Below, one piece after another: positions 23,237 to 35,419 of a DNA stretch of 64,000 nucleotides (position 1 is the first letter of the stretch; every line of letters starts with the position of its first letter). Position numbers and translations under genes: made by a program. The DNA is from Klebsormidium nitens (taxonomy: Eukaryota; Plantae; Klebsormidiophyceae): contig DF236982.1 in NCBI GenBank assembly GCA_000708835.1, positions 248,001 to 312,000 on the forward strand. Reading direction: 5' to 3'. Under the pieces are notes generated by a model. That model did not search any database and was not told where the DNA came from. It saw only the letters and a program-made list of their open reading frames with translations.

Positions 23237-24801
23237 ACGACGCGGTCCGTGTCCGTGTTTCCCGGGTCTCAATAAGCGGCCCCCTCAGTCTATATAAGCA
23301 CTCCCCCTTCAATAGGTCTGCGAGCTCTCGCCATGTGCGGTAGTTAGTTTCGTAACTTATGAGGAGCGACAACCAACTGTGCTGTCACGTACATCTTACG
23401 AGTGGTGTCGACACGCGTTGTAATTTGTGGTCGAATAAAATGCCTGCGCGGTCACTTCGCGCCATCATCACGTGCCAAGAAAATTTGGCCGATACCACAA
23501 ACGATTCAAGGTACTCCAGTACTTAGCCTCCAGTATAATTTATTGCGTCACCCAAACACTATCTAGAGGGGCATTGGAGTAGTGGCGTTCTAAGTTATTT
23601 GAAGGCTCATAGAAAGACAGATTGGTGTGTGCTCAACAGCAATTCAATAGTGATTGAGCTGATGGGTTTTGATGATTAAGTTAGTGTACATAATCGATCT
23701 CATCGCGTTCGACATAGTCTTTCGAGTTCCATTTCCAAATTCATATGCCAACAAGGTTGAGCAAGGCCTGTAGGGCTGTAGGTCAGATCTATAGTTTTGC
23801 GGCGCGTCTCGACATGTCAATGGACACCGAGTCCTTGATAAAGCGATTGATTAGTCACATGGGAATTGCGCCGCGGCAAGTCGAGGCCTCAGTGCATAAT
23901 CTCGGTGCCAGCATGTGTCTCAGGCTCTGCCATCCACAGTGACCTATAGTGCAGCGAGAGCAGCTCCTGCCACACCCGTATGGCGGGCGGCACATGTGAC
24001 CGTTGATCGAATCAGTCGATAGCATGCGGTATCGAATTGCAATATGATTGAATGAATGTATATATAATTAAGCAAGCTGTTGCAAATTCGCGGAACATAT
24101 GCTCGTCTCCACCTTGTCACCTTGCCGCATGTGTAAACCTATTTCGTGACCATTCGAAGTTATGGCGGAGTCATGCAGTATATATGACGCAGCGCCTCAG
24201 GCGGCCTTCCGATTCAAAGTGCCATGAGCATTAGATGCGGTGATGATGGCCGGCCGCGCGTCCATGCAAATGCCGATACATGTTCGCATCGACTCAGACC
24301 GATTGACCACACGTCGGACCACGTCCGATCACCTCTTACTTCTTTTGAACAGATCTTATGCAGAATCTCAGTGACGGCATGTAACAAAGACATGATGCGG
24401 CAATCATAACGTCAAACCCTAAGACAGGGCGGTATGCTGCAGTGCAACGTAACCAAAATTTAATGTCAATTTGAAAGCATATACCTCACACCTTACTTCA
24501 AGTCAGCTCGCGCGCTTCAACGAGATTTTCCATCACCTGCCTGTTCCGGTTGCCTCCATCGAACTCACCTTCCGGTAGACCGTAGTGGTCCTATTACGCT
24601 TAACTACGAACGCGCTACAGTGACTATCCAAGACCGTCTGATGCACAGAAACTAGCCTGTCCTTTTCAACCCTGTTACCAAATATACGACATATATACAG
24701 CCTCCCAAAAACGGCTCCATTTTAAACCAACGCCCAGAGAGTCCGGTCCTGCTCTCCGTCAATGCCCCGCGTCGAATTAAGTAGGAACGGCTAGTCGATC
24801 G

Positions 24802-27800
24802 TTACCACTGTGCTACATGCGGTCTGCTTTTCGAGCTGATGTTTCTCTGACGTCCGAAGTTTTCCCACTCATCCGGGATTGTTTCGTCATTACCGCCTGC
24901 CTTGGCCCCCGAGGCTGGGGCCACAGGAGCGGCAGAAGGGGCCGCCTTCACACCAACCGCTCCGTAAACAGATCCAGGTTGGGGAGTGGCGGTGTAAAAC
25001 GGCTCCCAGCCTTCCTGGCTTAAACCAATACCTGACGGTCCTGTCTTTATAGTACTACTGTTCGAAAAAGCTGTGGGCGGTGCTGTAGAAGATCGTGTTA
25101 ACCCCGGGTTAACGGCTTGGGTTGAGATCGGGTCACCCGTTGAGAACGTCTCCCAAGCCGGCTCTTTCCTGGGCGGGGGCTGTGTCTGTGACCGCAAAAG
25201 CGCCCCGTTCTGAGAGGACAGGGGTTTGGGTTCCAAAAAGGGGTTTAATACCTGCGGGGCTACGGGGGCTGTCACCACTCTCTGTTGGCTTCCATTTGCT
25301 AGGGAAGAAAATTGGTTGATCTCTGTGCTGTTGGTGGGTTCCTGCGCATTCCAGGTCTGATCCCCGTGGTTCGGAGCAAACGGGTTTGGCAAACCTTCAT
25401 AAATAGGAGCGTTTAATTGCTGCAGGCTAGAGGTGTTCTCGATCGGGGTTTCTAAAAACGGGTTAACGGACTTGCTCCTACCGAGCGTCTCCCGAGTGGC
25501 CGCCCCGGGGACTGACATTTGCCCAGGGCTTGCGCCGAACGCTGCTAGGAACGGGTCGGGGTATTGTGCTCGGAAGGGGTTGCCAACAGGTGAGACGGGC
25601 TGGGAGCTGAATCCCGAATTCGGTGGGCCCCCAGAAAGCGGATCTGCGACCGTGTTGTGCGCCGAGCTGACGCCAACGGACCCCAGATCTGAAGGCAGGG
25701 GTTCTGCCCCCCCGTTCGGATGGCCCGAAATGGGAACAGCCGCACTGAGCACGGGTCTTATTGGCGGACTACCCAAATCTTTCGTCCCGGGGGGCAAAGC
25801 AGACCGGGTCTCCGCTCCTCCGGGGGGACAAACGTCCGACCACTCGTTGCCGAGCGCCCACGTCCCGGGGCCGAATTCAGCGTCCAGCAACCCCCCCGGA
25901 GCGACGGCGTTTGCGCCCCGGGGGCTGATCTCGACCACGATGGGGGGGGCGCAGCCATCAGTTTCTGCGTTCAAAAGATCAGGCGGCGAGGCAACGTCCG
26001 AGCTGCGGCGGCTGACGTCAGAGGTGACGTCAGAGGAGGCGCGGCGGCTGCCCTCGGAGCTGGCGCGCGGGGTGGCGCCGGCGACCTTGACGAACTGCTC
26101 GAAGCCTTCGAAGACCCCCTTTTTGGGGCTGGTGGGCGGGGGGGGGAGGGAGGACGCGCGGCGAGAAGCGGAGGGGGAGAGCTGCAGGAGGGGGAGTTGC
26201 ACAACCTTTTCAAATTAGGTACATTTTAAGTCGCTTTGATGCCGTTGTATCGCTTCCCAGTGAACCGTGTTGTCCGCTCGAAGTCGAAAAGAAAGAAAAA
26301 GAAAACAGCTGGGGTTGAGATACTGTTGTGCGCCAATCAGGCTGTAACCCTGCATTTTCATGGGCGCTTCTTCCCAGTCCCCAAAGGCAAGCTGCCTCCA
26401 ACAGGTCCGCTTCGGACCTTCAAATGACAGTCACACCCTGACTTAGAAACAATCGAGGGCTATCGAGATCTGGTTTTTGGCTACCTGCTCAAAGGTACGT
26501 GGTGCAAGGGAAGACCGAAGCTCGAAGCTGTTCGTGCCCTGCTGGTGCAAAACCTAGGGGAGGGTTATCCATCAAGAGCAGGGCCTCTTTGTTCAAAACA
26601 TCGACCCCAAATGAGCCAGCCACTCCCCACAAATAACGGCAAGATGGCAGGGACAGTTTCACGAGGGCTGGAACGGAGCTTAGGCAAATCGATACGTGTG
26701 GAACCGGCCCACTCGCACTACTTTCGGACTGCACTTGAAGAATCAACACTGCTCAAATCTGCTGACCTCTGCAAAGGCGTCCGTCAGGAACGGGTTGAAC
26801 CCCGAGCTGACACGTGGCAGCAGCCGGATGCCCCCGTCCCCCTCCCCTTTCACGCTCGCACTCCCCAGAGACGATTGCCGCGAGTACGCTCCGGTTTTCG
26901 CGGAGCTTTGCCGCGATAGGTTTGGCGTCCCGCTTGGACTCAACCGACTTGAAAATTTGAAAGCCGAGCCGTCGTCGCTACTTCTGGCAGAACCCTTAAA
27001 CCCCTCTTCAGTAGCCCACGCCCCCCCCTGCTCCTCCCCGCCCTCGGCCCCCCGGAAAATGGAAATGTGCTTCGGGAGCTTCGGGCTCGACGCCTTGGAG
27101 TTCCCCGCGGAGGGGGGCTTGGACGAACCCTGGGAGCCCCCCCCGGAACTCCTCTGCCGGCCGTAGGCGGGACTGGAGGGATCCCCCGAGCGCGCGAGCT
27201 CCTTCTTCAGCGCCGCGGCCAGGGCCTCCTTGCTGACGTCACCCTCGCTGACGTCATCCTTCGTAGCATTTTGGCGGGGGGGCGCTCCCAGGGCGCTGTC
27301 GACCCCCACGTAGGGAGTGGGTGAGATGGTCCACTTCGGGGGAGCCACGCTCTTGGCGGGGGGTACGGAGGACTCGTGCTTCGGCTCTTGTGAGAAGCCC
27401 CCGAATGTGGACGCAGTGCTTCGGGAGGTGGCGGAGTCGGGGCTTGAGGGAACGGTCGACCCACCGGCAGCCGAACGGTGGGAAGGGGACAGCGTGGGGG
27501 GTCCTGGAGAAAGGGCGTCAATAAGCGTTAGCTTTCTTCAGGGGATCCTGCTCGGTGTTTTGAAGGAGAGTTCAGAATGTCGGTAGGGTGGAACTCGTGT
27601 GCTGCAATAGTTCCTATGCCCTCTTGAAGCCCAGTCAAACCGTCGAGTGTCAGCTTCAGCCTTCACCAGCTCTCTGAGTGTCGTACCCTTCTGGCATCCG
27701 GAATCCTTATGTTGACCACTTTGTCGCGGGACTGCACTTCGCAGAGTGTCCACGGATGAGAACAATTGCGCAAGATCACGTGCAACAATTGGGATGGGAA

Positions 27801-29334
27801 CGGATCCCAGAGTGGTCAGATTTGTCTCTTCTCCTCATATGAGTGAGGCCGTCTCGGTGGCAAAAGTTCTGTCAACAAGTCCGACTTCGGGAAATGGTGA
27901 CCTGTGTAAACACTTCCCTCAACGCAGAGGACAAGAATCTTCATTCTGCTTTGGGCGCTAAGTGTTGGGTCAGTGTGTGGAATGACATTGTCTGAGTCCA
28001 GGGTGCGTTCTTGCCAGCGGAGTGATCCCCGTTCTGTGCTGGTGTGAACGGCGAGCTGGGCCCGTTCACACGGCCCGGCGACCGTGGGCTGCTGGGCAGC
28101 GAGTGTCCGGACGCCATACGCGCGAGCGCCTCCTTTCGGACGGCCGCCACGACCCCCAGGCGGGATGCGAGAGAGGCAATTTTAGCAGCCTCTTTCGTCT
28201 GCATAGGGAAGAACGTTCGTTGAAGATTCTAAATATTTGGCGTGTGCGCAAGATCCAGATTGCAGTATTATGCGAAAGAAAAGAACGCGCTGTCGGTCTT
28301 TCTGTGTATGATCATGGGCGACGTCGTTTCGGTTGGGGACAGGAAGACGGTCTTGGCTGTCTGATTCTTTTGCAAAGGGAGCAACAGCTCGTGACCTCAA
28401 GGGACAAGGGCGATCAATGTGGCTGCATTTGTCCGTCAGCTAAGGCAACAATGTTGGACGACTCAGAGATCGAGCAGGACAGATTACGCAGTCCTTGTTT
28501 GTCTGAAAAGAAGACTTGCTAAGCCGAGCAGGAAGGAGATGTCTTCATCGAGTTCTTTCTTGTGAGGGAAAAATGCCAAAGCAAGCAGGAAGGAGCTATC
28601 TCTATCGCGCTCCTATTCTGAGCTGCATTTACAGTGCAGCCCACAAAGCTTCGTGTGCTGAAGTCAGCGGTGCTCCTTTTACACAATCCTAGCAGCTCAT
28701 CTTTGAGATGGCTCACCTTGAAGCGAAAGAGGCCCCCACCGGAACCCAGGCTTGTGGGGGCGATCTGCAACACGAGCTGCTTGCCGTCGTTGTCTGCCTG
28801 ACAGCTGTCCACGTTCTCATACCGAAAGTGCATGCCGTCCTCCGGCTTTTGGCGCCGCCTGCCATGGATGCAAACCGACGGTTTGGCTCTTGGGGGTAAA
28901 AGGTGTGGTGTGATATGGATATGGGCAGGAAAGTTTGGAACATTTCAGGGTTAGCCGTACTGTCTGACCTGCAATGCCACCTCCAAGCCCCCACTGAATA
29001 CACGTCCTTATCTCCCTTTGCAAGGATCAATTGGAATTCGCCGTGTTGTGAATGAGTTGGTTCAACGAGACTTTGCAATTCCTGAAGCGTCTGCCAATGC
29101 TAAGCCCCATACCTCTTCCCTACACGAGAACCCAGCCACCCCTTGGGCGGCAGCTTGCTGCACACAGTTGGCTAAGTCCCCCTATAGGTGCTGACGGTGT
29201 CAAGTCAAAGGGACTCACTTGCGAATGGTGAAGCCCTCATCGGTCACTTCGATCTTGTAGGTCTTTCCGATCTTGACGTCGACCCGCAGGGTGCACTCCA
29301 GAAGCGTCGTGGCAAACTTCTCCAGGACCTTCTT
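24802..29334 (-). CDS. Probable endocytic/trafficking adaptor: PH/PTB-like fold plus a disordered tail with NPF and WxxF motifs (5' incomplete, >=871 aa)
   Basis: Exons 29334-29219, 28858-28717, 28198-28015 (GC donor G|GCAAGA), 27503-26767, 26541-26485, 26181-24802 join in phase. N-terminal part reads YKIEVTDEGFTIRK...MHFRYENVDSCQADNDGKQLVLQI...GGLFRFKTKEAAKI. The tail has five NPF (FNPF, GNPF, VNPF, PNPF, LNPF) and WETF, WEPF, WENF. Confidence 0.72.
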
Positions 29335-32300
29335 CTGGAGAAGAACGGCGCACCATCGATTGTAAGCAAAGGCTTCATCAAGAGTGGCTCTTCGAAAGAA
29401 AAGTTATCATCGATGTATCGCACCTTGTCTCATGAGGGGCAAAAGAACATTAGAGTGGCTACAAGTTGCCAAAGGGAGAGCGAAGGGCTACAGGTTCAAC
29501 GCTAAGGGGGAGCCTCAAAGAAAGCGAACCTTGTTGATCCATCGGGCGCAAAGCAAGGTACCAGGATGCAGAGTGGGCCCCAGACACCCCACTGATTCAG
29601 ACAGGCACTTATCGGTTCAAACTAAAGCTTTATGACGTGTCGCTGCCGCAGATTTTGACAACGGGTCTCAAAGCGGCATTGCGCGTGTCACAATGCACGA
29701 GTATAGTGCAAGGCAAGATGGTTCCAACAGAAACTTCCTTCAGCCAGCCTATGTGATGCATTTTCTCACTATTTGTGGAACTATCTGATGCTCTGAGCTT
29801 ACACTGTCCTTCAGTCCGAATTTTTGAAAAGAAGCCGTTTATCTTGCTGCGACCAAGTCTGTCCTTGGATCACGACCAATCTGCACAATTCAATCTGCAA
29901 AAAGTGCCTTATTGGCTGGCGGCCCTTCCTCACCTTCTTTGGAGACTCCATCTAGATCCCTGTGGAGTATTGTCCTTCCTTTCAAGTTGCCCAGTCACCA
30001 AAGAAACTTGAGGCCCATGCGACTCTTTCAGAAGGCTGGCCAAAAGCGCTACAAAAACAGTTGCGGAGCCACAGCAATTGTAGGTTGATAAGCTCAACAG
30101 CATTAGGTCATGATCGAAAGACTAGTCCGGCAGCTTACGCGCAGACCCTACAACACACGGGGTGGGCTCCACGTCGTTCAGGCAAACAATGCAAAGCAAG
30201 AATTGGTGCAAAAGGCTAGGACTGCCTTCACATCGCAGAGGAAGGCGCTGCCTCAAAGTGACAGATCTCTGCCTTCCTTTCATTACGACAAAATCTTCTA
30301 CCTGCGATGACAATCAGGGTCGCACAGGCAAGGAAACCTTTCTGTCCTTGTACAGTGTGCGTCTATCCTAGCGGCAGAAGTTGAAGGGATTGTCTCTTTG
30401 GCGCCCGCCATTTTGAAAGAGTCCATTGCGTCTCATATGGCTAATCGCCTCCTGCACGCGCAGATCACGTGGGATTGAGGAGGTTGAGGTGCGCTGAAAT
30501 TTACTGTACCGAACATTTCGGACCTACCGAGTCTACCCAGGGAAGTTTAAGGTGACCGGCAAGTCAATTTTTTGTGCAGCTGAGCACGCCCAGGAAGCGG
30601 TCGGAAGTCGGTAACCGGGGGCCGATTTGGGAATGCCAACCAGAGCGCGGTCCAACCGTCCGCCAGGCAACACGGAATCAACTCGATTCAGGGGGTCAAC
30701 GGCGTTTCGACGCTCGTTGGACAACCGTCAGGGAAATCATTGGATGACGCCACATGCAGCAGAAGAGCAGAAGTTGCCCATACCTATGCAACTGTAGGAT
30801 CAAGCGATCACGCAGATCGTTGCTGGCCTAAACACGACGAGTGCACAAGAACTTGCCTGTTTGCAGCTGGCCTGTAATCCGCCTGCTGTGGGCGCCTGTG
30901 ATGCTAGAGTAACCCTATTCTGATCAGTGCTGCATCATGATAAAGCTCTTCTAAAGCATAGCGGCCGAGATATAATGACCACACAGTTCGAAGCTTACTC
31001 TCTGGATGACTGGACGTTCCAGTCCCGTTCCAGTGATATCCCGGCAGCACTATCGAAAACCACCTTTGCCAAGAAAAGTTTGAACGATATATCGATCTAG
31101 CCTTATACCGGATTGAGTAGGTACCTGTCGATAGCCTGTGCGCTTGATCAGATCGATGCATCAAATCAGCATCCTTCTGCTTGAAGTGAAGAAAATAATC
31201 AGATGTTTCACATGATTGGAAGGGGATTGGAATGCATATGTCGAGTTGCTTCTGTTCAGTAGGGCAAAACCAGTGTGGTTGCAAGCGGCAGCTCATCGAT
31301 GCGACGACAAACGTTAAAAATGTGTTCGAGAAGAGCTCAGGTGGATCCGACGTCGAAGTAACCAGATACTCATGTTCTGGCCATTCCGACCGTTTGCTAT
31401 CGATCGAGACCAGTGACTCATTAGCACATTTGACGTCCCATCAGATAGTTCCACCAAGACATTAAGGGGAAGCGCAATGCAGCAGAATTATTGGTTATTG
31501 GTCGCACAATGCTCAAAACGTGACAATTTACATGCTTCGATGTTACTTTCGCCTTTTAATTAGGATTGTTTCTTGTGGCATCTACGAAATACGCCAGGGC
31601 CACCTGCTTCTGCTGGGCGCTTTTCCACACTGTCTTGTTACCGTCACCAAGTGATCCCGGAACTATAGACACGTCCATGACTTCTAACTTCAGTAAGGCT
31701 GGGCTGGTGGACTCGCCAGCCTGTAGAACCACCGAATCTACTCCGCTGCACGTCCTTTTCTAGGTCCTTCCATCTGCAATATCAGTGCTCCATCTATCTA
31801 CAATTAGCCAGCCGGTCTGATCGATATCAGGTCATTGGCCTCTTCTCGGGGCGTCGGTAATCAGATGCAGGACGTTTTGATCCAGCCAATTTGGCTCTTC
31901 CCGACTCTACAGCGGCAGCGGACGCGACGCTCACATGATTGCTCGCAGCCCGACTCGCAACCGGGCTGTTTTCAGCCCCGATCAGACTGTACAAAATCCC
32001 GTCCCCGCTACAAGGTTCCCACCGGAACTTGCCCCCACGCGAAGGCCATTGTCCTTTCCTCGAAGGCTTGCTGCCTTTCTTCTTGCGGCGCCATGAGGAG
32101 AGTTTCTGCAAAAGAAGCATGTGTTTCCAGGTCGAGTTCAAGCATAGCGGTCCACAATCATTGAAATAAAAGTTTCAGCTGTACACGATGCACACCGGGG
32201 GAAGAAATGTTTGACAGCCGTCGATAATGCACGCCTCTTGAAGGACGTTCGTTGAAAAGTAGTGGTTAGCCGCATCTCAAAACGGAAGCTTTAATGTTCT

Positions 32301-32385
32301 CCAATTGATTCTCATGTCTGACGGCGAATTTGACCATTTCGTAGGTTCTGCATGTTCGCATGGCTGTTGGTGACCGTCCCTTCTA

Positions 32386-35200
32386 CTACCTATTGCATCC
32401 GGTATTCAGAAATGCGTCGAGATGACATTCCGAAAGTTCCGAGATCATAGACCCTGTTCTGCTAGCCATTAATAGGCAGTGCCTCAGATTACCAAAGATC
32501 CACAAAAACTGCTTCGATCGTTGATAGACAGTGCGCAACGACTTTCTTCTGCTTGCCGCACCTAAGTAATGTGGGCCATCTATGAGCTCACCGAGCTGAT
32601 GCTTCCCGCACTCATTCCTTTCAATGATCTGCCAGGGTTCTCCCCCACGTACAGCGCTCGTACAGCGTTCGAGAGGGCGTCCTGGTTCATTTGTGGCTGC
32701 GCCGTTGGCTCTTGGAGAGCCCTGCGGCGAAACGCATGTCTTAGTCACGCGTATCTTATTCGAAGACGCTGGAGCCCATGAGAGCCTTTCAGAACGCTTA
32801 AAATGCTTGCAACATAACTTCAGTTCCATTCCTAGGCCGTCCACGCAGTCTGATTGGAGTCAAGACGTAGTCCCCCCCTCTTGCTGGCAGGCTTGTCTTC
32901 TGGTTATACGCTTGTATTTCAGCCTTGTAACTAAAGAGGAATGCATACGGATTTTATCGTACACTGCTCAAACTGCGCGGTCTTGTTTCAGAGTAAGGGT
33001 ATACGTTCAGGAGCTCACCGAACGCACAGTTCGAGAAGCTCCTCAATCGAGTTCGCGACACGGAGTCCGTTTGGCGTTCAGGCTGTTCCCAGTGTTTGAC
33101 AAGTGTCAGCCTCCCTAGGACCGTGTCGTAGTCGAGAGTCGCTTCGTGACGAGCGACTCGCTTCCCTGGAACGAATTGAATATCCCCTGCCTTTCCGTCA
33201 TCTTGAGCCGTCTTTTGCGGTCTCAGAGCTCCTCCAGCCTGCTTTCCGCCCGGCCGCCTGCCTTGCCCGGCCCTCACGCGTCCGTCCTGCCGGCCTCTTA
33301 CCACCCCCAACGCCAGACCAGCTTGCCCTGCTTCTTTACCCCCACTGTCCTGCTTCCCATCTTCGTCGCCGCTTCCCCCTTCTACACCGTCCTCGCTTTC
33401 GATTTGTTCCTCTCCTCTTCGGGCACTTTCAAGTCCTGTAGCGTCGAACTTCGAAGCAGAGGATATCCTCCGGCTTCGCTCGCCTCTCGAGAAGCGGTTG
33501 AGGATACTGCCGCTCCCTGTGGGTTCAAGAAGGAAAGCATTAATCAACAGCTTGCTCCGGCGGCAACTCTGAAACCGGGTTAGGAAAGTTATGCTTAAGC
33601 AAGCTCGAAGCCAAAAAAGGGGGCAAAAAGTTCCTGTCTCACAATTTTCAAAAAATGAACGCGGTCAGAATCTTGACAAGAGATTTTTCTGAAAGTTCTC
33701 GGCCTGCAATTCTCGTGACTGTCCGATACAGCACGCAACCGCTCAGCCATTGCATCCCTAGTTTGGAGACCTTCTGTGCCGTTTTCGATCAGGGAGGCAT
33801 GATTTCATTGTGGACCTTGCTCTGAGAGGTCATCGCAGATTCCTGACAGGACGAGGAGGGTCAGGCTGAGGCGTCCCTCTAAAGGAAAAGCCATGTCGAT
33901 TCTGCTAATGGTTTCGTACTGAAACGCCGGCGTTCTCAGCGGCCAAATCCTTTTGATAAAAGTCACAGCTTTCTTATTGAACGGCTAGCGCTTTCTTCAA
34001 ATAGGTTCACGTGAGAAACAGTGGCGCTGGGGTGCAAGACGATTTACAGCCCGAGGACGAAAAGGAGACCTTTCAAGTTGTCGTTCGCCAAATAGGACTG
34101 CAACATCCCGCTTCTCATGAGCTAGTCGAGCTTTGAACCGCCGTCTTTTAAGCCTCAAAGCAAGAGGAGTGACTAGACCCACCTGTTGGGGCTGCCGACT
34201 CGCTATGCTGGCCGCCGGTGGCGCACTGCACGCGAGTCTCCTTCTCTTGGGTACTTGGAGGCCCGCCTCTTCGAACTGCCGGGACAGCTCCACCTACCCC
34301 CAATCCGTCCCCCAATCGCGAGCTGCGGCGCAGCGCACGTGCGCAACCGGCTAGATCGGAGCCCCCGGCTAGACTCGGAGGACACGGTTCTACGCCCCTC
34401 TCGACGACATTCCGTTTGCCAGCAGCTTGAGGCTGACCCCCGGCTTGAAAGGGTGTGTCCCTGTCCGTTTGATGCTCCCCCTGAGATGCGCCGGGCGACG
34501 GCGCCGGTGCTGTCACGTGGCCGTCGCCGGACGAGCCATCAGCTGTTGGAGCTGAAGAGGGCTCTTGTCCGGCCCCACCTCCAGGAGACGCAGGCGTGAC
34601 TGGGTCTCTTTCAGGCTTGAGCACAGCGGTCGGAGGTAGAGGGAGCAGTGCAACCATGCTGCCGTGCTTCAGTTTTTGTGGAGTTTTCATGTCCACGAGC
34701 ACAACCTGCATCATGCATTAAAGAGTTGCCACTTGCGATGTAATTGTTTCTTGGTCGTTCATCTGATTCACTGATCGATAACCATTTTCGACAGACAACC
34801 AGTGTCGATCTTTCAATTTCGATAAGCGCCGCCGAGCAGCGAGCTCTGAACCGCTTTGCTACACAGACTCTGCCGGTGATTCTTTTATCTGCTTCCTTGA
34901 ACGAAGTGCATTGCAAGACGGGATTCGAAAGTAGAAGACAGGTATGCTAGAGATGCTTGAAGCGCTTGAGATTTTGAACGCCAGACGCGTCTCATTAATG
35001 GGGTGACTGAGATTAGGTGCTACCAGCCAGTCTTTGTTGCGCTCCCAGAAAGCACATTTCAAGTGTGTTGCAGGTACATACGGGACACAAAATTTCAAGC
35101 TTACCTTGCAGCTGTCGTACTCGCCTCTCGCAAAGTGGATCCGTCGAGTCAAAACCTGATAAAGAAGTGAGAATAATGGGTTCAAACTCGGAAGCGTACA
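32386..35200 (-). other. Unresolved coding-like segments (possible FHA-like piece ~34650-34900; acidic/low-complexity ORFs; weak SF1-helicase-like C-terminal motif at ~32470-32630)
   Basis: Open frames 34148-34714, 33997-34293, 32954-33547, 32386-32844 with exon-like splice signals. Peptides ITGR...PRNNYIA / VVLVDMKTPQKLKHGSMVALLP and QRSKQFLWIFGN. No complete model could be built. Confidence 0.3.
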
Positions 35201-35419
35201 AGAAAGAAGACGAAAGTTGTAACAGATTTGTACCTAGCTTTTTGACAGTCAGATAGACCGATGCGGATGCTACGGTACGCTACGAGATCAGATGTGTAAG
35301 CACTGCACCCTAGAAATAGCTGGAAAGAAGTACAGCTAGCGGTACTGTGACGAAGTAAATTCACTCCAGCTTACCAGCTTTATGATGATATCTGCAATCT
35401 AAAGCAGTTATCGAAGACA

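Noticed and set aside
25433-26229. Long plus-strand ORFs (261 aa and 169 aa)
   Set aside because: Antisense shadows of the GC-rich last exon of the adaptor gene.
28950-29015. Extra small exon (EIRTCIQWGLG) in the adaptor gene
   Set aside because: Including it shifts the next exon out of the PTB-like frame; the direct 29219-28858 join is in phase.
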